DNA from: a virus
Lineage: Duplodnaviria; Caudoviricetes
IMG/VR virus record: IMGVR_UViG_3300011439_000031
Span: 1-43,623 of that record
Strand: one strand, 5' to 3'
DNA: 43,623 bases
Shown here: piece by piece, positions 1-8,336 of the stretch
Layout: each line of letters starts with the position of its first letter
How positions within the stretch are numbered: the first letter of the stretch is position 1
Position numbers and translations under genes: made by a program
Notes under the pieces: generated by a model
Seen by the model: only the letters and a program-made list of their open reading frames with translations
What the model was told of the DNA's origin: nothing
Database searches by the model: none

Positions 1-676
1 CAGTATTCACACCAACCAGAACTCGTCCATCAGGCATCGTGAATTCGATGCGAGCCGGAGGCTTTGTCAGGTTGATTCCTGTCTCACGCATTGCCTTCGT
101 AAGTTCAGCAACCTTTTCGTACTGATCGTACTTAGCAACAACGTCGCCCAACTTCTCGAACTCGTCATCTTCAATCGACCAAGTTACGAATGAAATTGCG
201 CGAGGACCACGGGGACCAACAGCGCCTGTACGCTTTGAAGCCATCTTCATTCCATCGTTCTGACCGAAAGACTCGGCCATTTCGATGAGACTCTTCAGCT
301 TCTGATACAGACCGGAACGAGTCGAGGAAAGTTCCTTGACCTGCTCTTCCGAAAGATCGGGCTTCTCAACTTGCGGCTGAGCTTCCACCATTGCCGCAAC
401 CTTTTCTCCCAAAGTCTCGGAGAACTTGTTCTGCAATGCACGGATCAGACCGAAATAAACACCGATCTGAGTCTTCTCATCAGTTGCTTCCAACTGATCC
501 ACAAGTGCCGTAGTAATCGGCTCCCAACTTTCCTTCGCATCTTCGATCAGATCGTTGGTGATCTTCCGCTTACCTGCGGCCTTAGAATCAACGAGAAGAT
601 CGAGAGTTCCATCAATCTCGTCAATTGCTCGGTGAAGCTCGTCATGAGCTTCCATCAAGTTAAAAGTACCGGCCAT
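1..676 (-). CDS. Hypothetical protein, >225 aa, runs off the left window edge (absent from the ORF track)
   Basis: Hand translation from ATG at 676 (MAGTFNLMEAHDELHRAIDE...PDGRVLVGVNT) is stop-free to the edge; GAAAGG RBS and a promoter lie upstream. Confidence 0.85.
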   Translation of the reverse strand, partial: MAGTFNLMEAHDELHRAIDEIDGTLDLLVDSKAAGKRKITNDLIEDAKESWEPITTALVDQLEATDEKTQIGVYFGLIRALQNKFSETLGEKVAAMVEAQPQVEKPDLSEEQVKELSSTRSGLYQKLKSLIEMAESFGQNDGMKMASKRTGAVGPRGPRAISFVTWSIEDDEFEKLGDVVAKYDQYEKVAELTKAMRETGINLTKPPARIEFTMPDGRVLVGVNT

Positions 677-736
677 TTTGGATACTTACCTTTCATTTTG
701 ATATTTGAGTGAGGGTAGTCCCCTCGGGGTACGTCC

Positions 737-766
737 ATTATCTCACAGACGCTAGCACCCTGTCAA
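737..766 (-). promoter_or_regulatory. Sigma70/SigA-type promoter TTGACA-N18-GATAAT with TG extension
   Basis: -35 at 761-766 and -10 at 737-742 on the minus strand, upstream of the ORF starting at 676. Confidence 0.8.
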
Positions 767-811
767 GGGTTTTCTTGATAGTCTTTCACTAGGCTCGGTC
801 GCCATAGTGCT

Positions 812-1141
812 CTAGAAGTACTCTCGCTTGATAGTGGACTCGCCAACTTTAGTAGCTGAGTCGTGAATCTTATGACAAGGTTCACAACGCCAGTTCAAGA
901 TGCTTACGTCGTTGTCAAGTAGATCCTTAGTTTCGTGATCTGCTTGGAGACTGTACGAGAGAACTCTTTGTTCAGTTGGCCAGATTTCCTCAAAGAATTT
1001 AGGTGCATCCTTCGGAGGATTGATACTGGTCTTTCCGCAATCAACACAAGCAAAAAGCGTGTACGATTCGTACAGGGCCTTACGTGCTCGTCTCCTTCCT
1101 GTTGATCTTATGTCTTTAATGTTGCTCTCATTTTTAGTCAC
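812..1141 (-). CDS. HNH-like Zn-binding protein
   Basis: CVDC...ADH...N...CEPCH pattern typical of small HNH proteins. Confidence 0.55.
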   Translation of the reverse strand: MTKNESNIKDIRSTGRRRARKALYESYTLFACVDCGKTSINPPKDAPKFFEEIWPTEQRVLSYSLQADHETKDLLDNDVSILNWRCEPCHKIHDSATKVGESTIKREYF

Positions 1142-1460
1142 CGTTGTACTTCCATTTCATTTCAAATTGGCGACGGAACGCTGGAGAGTTCATGACATTT
1201 GGACGATAGCTACTTATGTGACAGAACGCAGAAGCGTAGCAATGTCCGTAACTAGGATGACCATGAATTACAGTCGTTTCATTGATTGGGAAATCCTTAT
1301 CCGTGTACGAGTGAGTTAGTTGTTCCATTGGAATATCAAAGAACTCATCAGTTAGAAACTCCACACAGAATACCTGCCGTACAGGTTGCTGCCAATCTTC
1401 TTTCTGATCAAACTTAGCTAGCAAAGCCTTTGACTCAGCTAGCAATCTCTTAACATCCAT
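1134..1460 (-). CDS. Hypothetical protein
   Basis: Part of the coupled leftward operon; AAGG RBS. Confidence 0.7.
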   Translation of the reverse strand: MDVKRLLAESKALLAKFDQKEDWQQPVRQVFCVEFLTDEFFDIPMEQLTHSYTDKDFPINETTVIHGHPSYGHCYASAFCHISSYRPNVMNSPAFRRQFEMKWKYNGD

Positions 1461-1633
1461 TACCTGATACCTTCCTTCATTAGTTTCTCAGCTAAGTCAG
1501 CGGCAAACCTTACGTAGCAAGGTTGTGTGAAATCGTTGTAGCGAAGTAAATTGAGGAGTGCTTTTGCTTCTAGCTTTGACAGCACTACTCCCTCAATTTG
1601 TTGATCTTCCTGGTTATAGATTACCGTTTTCAA
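1460..1633 (-). CDS. Small hypothetical protein (57 aa, TTG start; absent from the track)
   Basis: Hand translation MKTVIYNQEDQQ...MKEGIR; GAAAGG RBS; its TAA overlaps the next ATG. Confidence 0.6.
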   Translation of the reverse strand: MKTVIYNQEDQQIEGVVLSKLEAKALLNLLRYNDFTQPCYVRFAADLAEKLMKEGIR

Positions 1634-1709
1634 CTGGCAACCTTTCTAGGTAGTCGGCAAGCCAAATGCCGAAACAGAAACCCAATATGAATGCACAGTA
1701 GTACTTCAT
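1614..1709 (-). CDS. 31 aa hydrophobic peptide
   Basis: ATGA overlap with the stop of 1706..1987; MKYYCAFILGFCFGIWLADYLERL... Confidence 0.4.
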   Translation of the reverse strand: MKYYCAFILGFCFGIWLADYLERLPVENGNL

Positions 1710-1987
1710 GACGCCTTCCTCTTCCTTATCGGATGCAACTTCTGCATGATGATTGCGCGGTATTCTGCCTTAGTAAGTTTACCTGAGTTAGCGTAGTTAT
1801 CGGCGTACACGTACCTTCTAGAGTTCAGATCCCCGCGGAGGTTAATTGTATCTCTTCTTTGTGTGTTGCAACGCTCACATGCTACCCAGAAATACCAACC
1901 AAAGTCTGTCTTAGACGTACTGTCAATCTCGAACCAAGCGTGTCCAATTGTGCGACAGATATCGTGTGTAAGGTTACGTCGTTTCAT
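1706..1987 (-). CDS. Small Zn-binding hypothetical protein
   Basis: C-x4-H...C-x2-C motif; basic C-terminus. Confidence 0.7.
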   Translation of the reverse strand: MKRRNLTHDICRTIGHAWFEIDSTSKTDFGWYFWVACERCNTQRRDTINLRGDLNSRRYVYADNYANSGKLTKAEYRAIIMQKLHPIRKRKAS

Positions 1988-2300
1988 CTTCCCTCATTCC
2001 GTAGTAGATTAGTATTGATTTAACACTGAATTCATGAGCTTCTAGATAACGGCTTAGTCGCTCGTTATTAACAACTCGACAATGAGTTTCTAGTAACTCA
2101 CAAGGATAAGCGTCATCGTCATCAACTGGTGCTGCAATATGGTTCAAAGCAACAACAGCTTCTTGACTCCTAAACATGCTAGGGTATTTAACGGCCATGA
2201 CACCGATAACAGTAGATACTGTATCGCTGTATGTTCTACGGATTACTCCGTAGATACATCCTTCTGTTGGTTCCTTAAACTCGAGAAAATCTACCTTCAT
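1974..2300 (-). CDS. Hypothetical protein (likely start ATG 2300)
   Basis: GGAGG RBS before ATG 2300, directly after the upstream stop. Confidence 0.65.
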   Translation of the reverse strand: MKVDFLEFKEPTEGCIYGVIRRTYSDTVSTVIGVMAVKYPSMFRSQEAVVALNHIAAPVDDDDAYPCELLETHCRVVNNERLSRYLEAHEFSVKSILIYYGMREDETT

Positions 2301-2301
2301 C

Positions 2302-2559
2302 TTAGTCGTTCCTCCAATCGTTATCCTTAGCAATAGCTTGTTCAAGCATTTCTACTACAGCTGGTCCGATACATAGGATTGAACAAGCTACAATTCCCTT
2401 TACGAAAGGTCCAGTACCTTGTCCAAAGGCATCAACCCAATACCATCCATAAGGTGGTGCTAATGGACGGCGGCGCCTTGGAGAAGGAGACTCTGTTTCT
2501 GAGTTTCCTACTACTTTGCACTTAGGGTTATCACACTTAATAACAGTTATTTCAGCCAT
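2302..2559 (-). CDS. Zn-finger-like hypothetical protein
   Basis: CDNPKC...CSILC; AAGGAG RBS. Confidence 0.7.
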   Translation of the reverse strand: MAEITVIKCDNPKCKVVGNSETESPSPRRRRPLAPPYGWYWVDAFGQGTGPFVKGIVACSILCIGPAVVEMLEQAIAKDNDWRND

Positions 2560-2844
2560 TTAGATATGCTCCTTAACTAGACTTATGGCTTGCTCAACAA
2601 GTTGGTTAGCTTCTTCACGCAGTCGATATGCCTGTGCGTAAAAATCGTGGGCGGCTGTACGGTTCTCACGAGCTTTATCCCAGTAAACTAGGGCTCGCTT
2701 CTCATCTGTATTTGCGGCGCGATGGCGCTGTACAGCTTGCCTGTGCAATTCCTTACACTTATAGTAGTAACGAATTGCAGCTATAAGTACGATAGTTGTC
2801 ACTACGAATATTGCCCCGCTGGCGATATATACTTCAGTTTTCAT
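2560..2844 (-). CDS. Membrane-anchored helical protein
   Basis: N-terminal hydrophobic segment followed by a helical domain; ATGA coupling. Confidence 0.7.
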   Translation of the reverse strand: MKTEVYIASGAIFVVTTIVLIAAIRYYYKCKELHRQAVQRHRAANTDEKRALVYWDKARENRTAAHDFYAQAYRLREEANQLVEQAISLVKEHI

Positions 2845-3152
2845 AGTGCCTTTTCCAGAATGATCTTGATGACTTCCTTAGGAGTAACTCCTGCTTGCCA
2901 GTAGCCAAGAAAGTCGAATTCCTTGAAGCTCTCCAAGTACAGGTTATGCTTGAGTTCTAGTGCTGCTGTGATTCCTGCACAGTACTGGATGAATTCCCTT
3001 GGTTCAAGTGTTATCTCATGTACAGAATACTCCATAACTACATCACTGAAGTGATCCTGCCAATCATCAACTTCTCCTAGAGAGTTGAAGGGACCGTAGA
3101 AATTAGGTTCTGGGTCGTTCTTATCTCTTCTAGCTATGATTATGAAACTCAT
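2841..3152 (-). CDS. Hypothetical protein
   Basis: Coupled to both neighbours; GGAG RBS. Confidence 0.7.
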   Translation of the reverse strand: MSFIIIARRDKNDPEPNFYGPFNSLGEVDDWQDHFSDVVMEYSVHEITLEPREFIQYCAGITAALELKHNLYLESFKEFDFLGYWQAGVTPKEVIKIILEKAL

Positions 3153-3364
3153 TAGATTGCTCCCCTTCTAGGATAAAGGCTCATGTTTGCTTCTGTGAAA
3201 GCGTGACCGATCATCAGAACATTATTGCGATGGGATTTGTAAAGAAGCACGTTTACTTTAGGACATTCCTTATATGGATTTGGCCAAAGGTGATTCATCA
3301 TACCTCGGTGATAGAAATAGTCAGTCTTGAGTTGTTGAATGGCGGCTACCAATGTCTCAAACAT
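3152..3364 (-). CDS. Hypothetical protein
   Basis: Operon packing; GAGGG RBS. Confidence 0.6.
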   Translation of the reverse strand: MFETLVAAIQQLKTDYFYHRGMMNHLWPNPYKECPKVNVLLYKSHRNNVLMIGHAFTEANMSLYPRRGAI

Positions 3365-3365
3365 T

Positions 3366-3494
3366 TCACACCCTCTCTATGTCGTGAACTAGGTTACACT
3401 TCTCGCACCAATGGATACGGATACCTGTACCGTATCTCCAGGTGAGTTCGTGGTTCATGAACTTACACCACTTCTCTAGCAGAAACGCTTTCAT
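3366..3494 (-). CDS. 42 aa C-H-C-C Zn-finger-like peptide (absent from the track)
   Basis: MKAFLLEKWCKFMNHELTW...WCEKCNL; ATGA coupling; fills the gap exactly. Confidence 0.55.
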   Translation of the reverse strand: MKAFLLEKWCKFMNHELTWRYGTGIRIHWCEKCNLVHDIERV

Positions 3495-3661
3495 GACTCC
3501 CTCTCAAGTTGTTCGAGTTCATTTCTTTTTTCTAACTTAGCTAGACGATACTCTAGTTCGTTCATCTTTCTAGTATGATTTACAAGATGTTGTGATACAG
3601 CTTCTACCCAAGCTATTCTCGTCTTTCTCTCAAGTTGCTGCTGCTTACGCTTACTCACTAG
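3491..3661 (-). CDS. Small coiled-coil hypothetical protein (start uncertain)
   Basis: Track ORF 3491..3688; a start near the helicase stop is more likely. Confidence 0.5.
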   Translation of the reverse strand, partial: LVSKRKQQQLERKTRIAWVEAVSQHLVNHTRKMNELEYRLAKLEKRNELEQLERES

Positions 3662-5604
3662 ATCACACCTTCCAAGAAGTTTCTCCATTCGGAGGCCGGA
3701 CGGATTTCCTTGCTTTCCATGATGGACTCAAAGGCTTCACTCTTCTCATCCAACTTAGCCTGCATGAACAGGTCGATACTATCGTTGTTCTTCAAGTCAT
3801 ATACGATGACAGGCTCTGTCTGACCTTGCCTCCAAATGCGGCCAATTGCCTGCTCATTCCTTGCAGGACTCCACCACTTATCAATGAGAACTCCTGTTGC
3901 AGAACCACCAACCCAACGCTCAGGGTTCTTCTGAAGGTTAAGCCCTTCGCACATAGCCAAGTTCACACACAAGACGTCAATCTCTCCGGCCTGAAACTTC
4001 TTCTCGAAATCTCCGGCGTTCTTCGTGTCACCAAAGATAACTTCACACTTCTTGCCATTAGCGTCGCAACGACGCTTCACTTCATGCATTGGCTCATTGA
4101 AGGTACAAAAGACAACTACTTGATCGTCAGCGGCGTAGATAATATCCATCGTCTCATCGATCTTCGAGCTATCCTGGATATCCAACCTAACTTCGTGCTC
4201 GGTAACTGGATCGGTGATCTTGATACCTGCTGGCCATGAATTGATCTGACGCAAACGGGTTAATTGTGCGATGATGGCCGCAGCAGTCAGGGGGATTTGT
4301 CCCTGCTTATCAAGCCAGATAAAGAACTGGAAACGCATCTGCTCATACACCTTAGCTTGTTCGCTATTCATATCAAGCATACGTTGGATGATTGTAAGCT
4401 CAGGAAGTTCGAGCCCAACTTCCTTTCTGTTCCTACGAATCATCTGTCCCTTAAGTGCGGACTTAAGAATCTTCTCAGAATCAACTACCAACTGGAACTG
4501 TCCCGCAACACTTCTGTAGGAAGTGAACTGACGCTCGAATAGACGGAAATTCGGGAACTTATCGGGATCGAAGATGTGAAGGTAGCTCCACATTTCCTCA
4601 GGCTTATTCACCATTGGAGTACCAGAAAGGAACAGGTTGAATCGTGCATTATGGCACAGGTTCTTACAGGCTTCCCAGATCTTTGTTGGGCCTGAACTAT
4701 TCGCTCCACCCTTGAGCTTATGGACTTCATCAATTACGATGTAATCCCACGCTGTCTCATTGACCTTAGGAGTTGTACGAACAAACTCGTAGTTGACCAA
4801 GAGAATATCGACGCCGATACCCTCATACATATCGAGTAAGAAATTGCGATCGGACTCACTGACTGTAGACTTCAATGGAGTCATTACTTTGCAATCTGGC
4901 CACCAAGTCTTGATTTCTGCCGGAGTAGAACCAACCAAGCTTTTCTTCGTAAGCCACAGAACCTTTGGCTTCTTACCAGAATTTTGATCCTGATAAGTCT
5001 TGCTCAGAATGTACAGGGTAACGATTGTCTCGAATGTCTTACCAAGTCCCAGGTCATTTGCATTCAGGATACCGTTGCGGCCTTCATTGAAAGCGTTGAC
5101 GGTAAAGAGAATGTCGTCATGCTGGTACATATGGGCCTGGAAGTAAGCAGGGAAGTTCTGGCAGATAAGCTCCAACTCCTTTGAGAGTTGATCGAGAGTT
5201 TCGGCCTCGAGTTTTTGTGCATGAAGTTGTGCTTCCAACCTCGCACGCTCAGCAGCGGCCAGTCTTTCTTCTTCAAGCTTCCGCTCAATCTCTCGCATGG
5301 AAAGAGTCAGGTCGTTCTTCTTCTCTTGCAGCTTCAATAGCTTCTGCTCAAACTCCAAACGAAGTTGCTCTTGCAAAGTTGCCAAGTTGTCACGTTCACT
5401 TTTCAAAGTGGCGAACTGAGTTTCAAGATCAACGTTAACTGAGTTCTGCTGAAACGCAGGGAAGATTGCCTGCTGTACTGCATGATTAGGTGTAGGCCGT
5501 TTCGACTCAATAATTGCGATAGGCTTATTCTCTTCTAGAGCATCAAACTCCCCAGCAAGGGGATCATTTGCAGGCGGGATAGACTTAGGAATCTCGAAGT
5601 TCAC
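3658..5604 (-). CDS. SNF2-family (SF2) helicase/ATPase with N-terminal coiled coil
   Basis: DLGLGKT (motif I), IDEVH (II), LSGTP (III), EGLNLQ (V), QAIGRIWRQGQ (VI). Confidence 0.92.
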   Translation of the reverse strand: MNFEIPKSIPPANDPLAGEFDALEENKPIAIIESKRPTPNHAVQQAIFPAFQQNSVNVDLETQFATLKSERDNLATLQEQLRLEFEQKLLKLQEKKNDLTLSMREIERKLEEERLAAAERARLEAQLHAQKLEAETLDQLSKELELICQNFPAYFQAHMYQHDDILFTVNAFNEGRNGILNANDLGLGKTFETIVTLYILSKTYQDQNSGKKPKVLWLTKKSLVGSTPAEIKTWWPDCKVMTPLKSTVSESDRNFLLDMYEGIGVDILLVNYEFVRTTPKVNETAWDYIVIDEVHKLKGGANSSGPTKIWEACKNLCHNARFNLFLSGTPMVNKPEEMWSYLHIFDPDKFPNFRLFERQFTSYRSVAGQFQLVVDSEKILKSALKGQMIRRNRKEVGLELPELTIIQRMLDMNSEQAKVYEQMRFQFFIWLDKQGQIPLTAAAIIAQLTRLRQINSWPAGIKITDPVTEHEVRLDIQDSSKIDETMDIIYAADDQVVVFCTFNEPMHEVKRRCDANGKKCEVIFGDTKNAGDFEKKFQAGEIDVLCVNLAMCEGLNLQKNPERWVGGSATGVLIDKWWSPARNEQAIGRIWRQGQTEPVIVYDLKNNDSIDLFMQAKLDEKSEAFESIMESKEIRPASEWRNFLEGVI

Positions 5605-5762
5605 AGTTCCAACTCCATTTGCTCGGTATCATATGCAGGGGCATCGGTAGGATAATTGCAGAGACACTCTTCAAAGAGTTCGCCGCACTCTGAGCAACAC
5701 TTGTCACAATACTCATCGGACCTTAGGTCACTTACATGCTGACAGTTCATGATGACTTTCAA
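5601..5762 (-). CDS. 53 aa Cys-rich protein ending in QMELEL (absent from the track)
   Basis: Hand translation ...YCDKCCSECGELFEECLCNY...QMELEL; TTGA and GTGA couplings at the two ends. Confidence 0.6.
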   Translation of the reverse strand: MKVIMNCQHVSDLRSDEYCDKCCSECGELFEECLCNYPTDAPAYDTEQMELEL

Positions 5763-5953
5763 TCCCCTCTGTAGTGCCAAAGATCACCAAAGATCTCGGC
5801 GGCGTAGTTGAACTCTTCTTCTGTACAGATTCCCTCATGCTTAGCGTTAGCCCAGTAGGAATAACGTGAGCCGTAGTTAAAGCAAGATGGGGCGTTAACC
5901 CTTGCCCAATCATTGACACGAGTAGTCAGTTCTTTCCACTCAACGATGTTCAC
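5759..5953 (-). CDS. Hypothetical protein
   Basis: GTGA coupling; ends WHYRGD. Confidence 0.65.
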   Translation of the reverse strand: MNIVEWKELTTRVNDWARVNAPSCFNYGSRYSYWANAKHEGICTEEEFNYAAEIFGDLWHYRGD

Positions 5954-6171
5954 TTCTTCACCATCCTTACTTCAAAGAGACAGATAACCATCTCGGAATC
6001 GTATGCCTCGAAATGCCCGTACTCATCAGGAACTGAGAGAACAACGCAGTTCTCTTCTATAACTGAACCATCGGGGGTAACTGTGGAGAAAGTATCTCCA
6101 ACCTTCAGGTCAAGTTCGGCGATGGCAGCCCGAACTTCCTTGTCCCTCTTGTACCGCTCGTTCTTGTTCAC
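5950..6171 (-). CDS. Hypothetical protein (likely start GTG 6171)
   Basis: GTGA overlap with the stop of 6168..6830. Confidence 0.6.
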   Translation of the reverse strand: MNKNERYKRDKEVRAAIAELDLKVGDTFSTVTPDGSVIEENCVVLSVPDEYGHFEAYDSEMVICLFEVRMVKK

Positions 6172-6830
6172 AGTTCCACCATCTTTACTTTGTGTCCGTT
6201 GATTTCTGAAACTCCGGTGAACTTCTCGACAACATCCATGTAGGAGTTCGCCTCGAATTCGCACAGGCGTGCGGCGTGGTAGTAGTTGACAATTACCTCG
6301 CCATCAACCTCGAACAAATGCTCCATAGAACCTGACCGAGTTGAGTCGTTGTAGTTCCCAGAAACGGCAGGAATCAGGGGGAATTTATTGGGAGTCATCA
6401 GCTGCATTGCTGCACAGTATTGCTCGTACATCTTCCTCAACTTGATGTACATTTGGTGCAGACGCTTCTTCGAGAAACCGTTGTTCATACGTGACCGCAT
6501 TGATTCGTGGCGAATCGTGCCATCACAGAAGTCGGCAAGTTCAGCAAGTCTTGGTAAGACGTGGACGAGAACTTCTGGGATCTGTTCAGACAAACAATCG
6601 AGCATGTTTGAGACGATCACATCGGCAATCGCTTTAGCGTCTAAGTTCTTCTCAGCTTGTGCCCTGAACTTCAAGTTCAAGGAGTTGAGGGTACTCGTTG
6701 CGTTTAGTTGGGTACGAATCTCAGCGGCCTTTGCAACAACACTCCGAGCAAAGATCATCGGATCATCGAATGCAATAGAGGCGTCAACCTCGAATTCATC
6801 CCACGCAGTAGGTTTACGTGATTGTTCCAT
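6168..6830 (-). CDS. Hypothetical protein, first gene behind a strong promoter
   Basis: 220 aa ORF; GAGG RBS; consensus promoter upstream. Confidence 0.8.
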   Translation of the reverse strand: MEQSRKPTAWDEFEVDASIAFDDPMIFARSVVAKAAEIRTQLNATSTLNSLNLKFRAQAEKNLDAKAIADVIVSNMLDCLSEQIPEVLVHVLPRLAELADFCDGTIRHESMRSRMNNGFSKKRLHQMYIKLRKMYEQYCAAMQLMTPNKFPLIPAVSGNYNDSTRSGSMEHLFEVDGEVIVNYYHAARLCEFEANSYMDVVEKFTGVSEINGHKVKMVEL

Positions 6831-6875
6831 GTTTATTGGGATTTCCTCTCAATCAATATTTCTTCCCAGGAGGCA

Positions 6876-6904
6876 AGTATAACACGGATCCGGCCGAATG
6901 TCAA
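6876..6904 (-). promoter_or_regulatory. Near-consensus promoter TTGACA-N17-TATACT
   Basis: -35 at 6899-6904 and -10 at 6876-6881, with TG extension. Confidence 0.88.
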
Positions 6905-6912
6905 GCCTTTTT

Positions 6913-7710
6913 TTAATTCTCCCAAATCAGATCTTTATGCTTAAGGATATCCAAAGCAGCATTTGTATTTTCTTTATTACGATGTTTCTTAGGAACTGTG
7001 TAAGGTTTGAATGATTCTAGCACTTCATAACGTTTGTTTTGTGCCTGGAATATTGCGATCGCGGCCATAGCGTGTACTAGGATTTCACCCGCCAGTTCTA
7101 CATTTATTTCAACACTAGGTACTTGATCTAAATTATGGCTAAGATATGTTAGATAACTCATTACTTCATCACCACCATTAAAGTCTCTATTAGCTATAGC
7201 CTTTGGCATAACCATTCCACGCCATAGTGTGCCGTCTTCTTGAAAGCCGGCCTCATTTAACTCGCCCCATAATTCTTTAAACTTCTCTTTAGTTAAGCCT
7301 GCCCGAGTCTGTATTCCTTTAAACGGCATACCCTTCTTAGCCATTTCGTAAACAAGATGTAAGAGAGTTACTAACTCTGCCCTGTCGTTTCTCCATTCTT
7401 CTTTAGCAGTATCTATTAATTCTATTTCTCGACTAGCACGGTTAATAGTTGGTGAATCAAAAAGCTGTTTACTTCCTGTTTCCTTTTCCCACTTTCTAAT
7501 CTTTACTAATTCGTTAGCTACTTGTTGACCCGTTTTGTAGCCTACACGGTCAGCGATTTCTTGATTACTCATGTTAGGGTAATCGTTTTTTAACTGAATG
7601 ATTCTTTTCCACTTATCTTTAAGTGGTATCTCCATCTCTCCTGTTGCCTTGAAGTTTTCTAAGGCTTTAATGAAGTCACTTGGATTAGAACTAACTGGAT
7701 CAATCGGCAT
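6913..7710 (-). CDS. HTH DNA-binding protein, putative regulator
   Basis: MSNQEIADRVGYKTGQQVANEL resembles an HTH; AAGGAGG RBS; has its own promoter. Confidence 0.7.
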   Translation of the reverse strand: MPIDPVSSNPSDFIKALENFKATGEMEIPLKDKWKRIIQLKNDYPNMSNQEIADRVGYKTGQQVANELVKIRKWEKETGSKQLFDSPTINRASREIELIDTAKEEWRNDRAELVTLLHLVYEMAKKGMPFKGIQTRAGLTKEKFKELWGELNEAGFQEDGTLWRGMVMPKAIANRDFNGGDEVMSYLTYLSHNLDQVPSVEINVELAGEILVHAMAAIAIFQAQNKRYEVLESFKPYTVPKKHRNKENTNAALDILKHKDLIWEN

Positions 7711-7747
7711 AGATTACACCCTCCTTATGCGACGGCGGTAGGGGTCT

Positions 7748-7777
7748 ATTGTACCATAGAGGGTAGCTACTTGACTA
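7748..7777 (-). promoter_or_regulatory. Promoter TAGTCA-N18-TACAAT with extended -10
   Basis: TG-G-TACAAT with the hexamer at 7748-7753; same unusual -35 and spacing as the whiB promoter. Confidence 0.7.
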
Positions 7778-7780
7778 GCA

Positions 7781-7834
7781 CTTTCTTGATAGTTCTAAGT
7801 GGTTTTTCCTTTCTTGATAGTTCCAAGTGGTTTT
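7781..7834. repeat. 26-bp direct repeat x2 (CTTTCTTGATAGTTCYAAGTGGTTTT)
   Basis: 7781-7806 and 7809-7834 with one mismatch; the core TTTCTTGATAGT also occurs at 771-782. Confidence 0.9.
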
Positions 7835-7860
7835 AGGGCTGTTATGTTATAATGATGAAT

Positions 7861-7921
7861 GTTATACCTTACCCTTAACTTTTAGAGGCATAAGCCCAGG
7901 TCAGGGGGGGTGAGGTATAAC
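7861..7921. repeat. Inverted repeat GTTATACCTTACCC / GGGTGAGGTATAAC
   Basis: 14-bp arms with one G-T pair. Confidence 0.75.
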
Positions 7922-8179
7922 TCTGTTATGTTCAGACACTTCGTAACTGCTAACTGTAGTGTGTTTCTTTTACAAGAAAACATACACTAACAGTTGCAAA
8001 AATACCCAATGAAAGCCCAATAATTAGCCAGACCCCTGTACGAAACCAGCCGCCGAAAAACGTAAAGCTCACGCCGTAACATTTAATTCAATATAAGAGG
8101 CAATAATCAATTTAATTTAACCGAATAACAGCGACGGTCTTTCTCTGCTGAACGAACCGAGTAACTGCGACCCGCGCAG

Positions 8180-8217
8180 CGAAACTAAAGGGCCCGACTC
8201 TTTCGAGCCGAGCCCTT
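8180..8217 (-). terminator. Probable intrinsic terminator with GAAA tetraloop
   Basis: Minus strand AAGGGCTCGGCTC-GAAA-GAGTCGGGCCCTT then TAGTTT; the G-U pairs work only on the minus strand. Confidence 0.65.
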
Positions 8218-8336
8218 AAAGGGTTGGGTAGGGTAGGGGGTATTTCTGTCCCCCTACCCTCTTCGGGACCCACTACGCTAGATTCCCTAGGTATTTCTGG
8301 CCTAGTTCTAGTCGCTAATGATGACTCCAAGCTAGC

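Noticed and set aside
751-770. CIRCE (HrcA) element at TAGCACCC
   Set aside because: Only a partial half-site, with no matching arm at the 9-bp spacing
371-5438. Plus-strand ORFs opposite the early genes (e.g. 371..712, 3592..4239)
   Set aside because: Antisense shadows of well-supported minus-strand genes; the same applies to minus-strand ORFs inside the structural operon
5599-6178. 13-bp repeat GTTCACAGTTCCA at two gene junctions
   Set aside because: Explained by similar ...EL-stop/GTG-AAC translational coupling; only two copies
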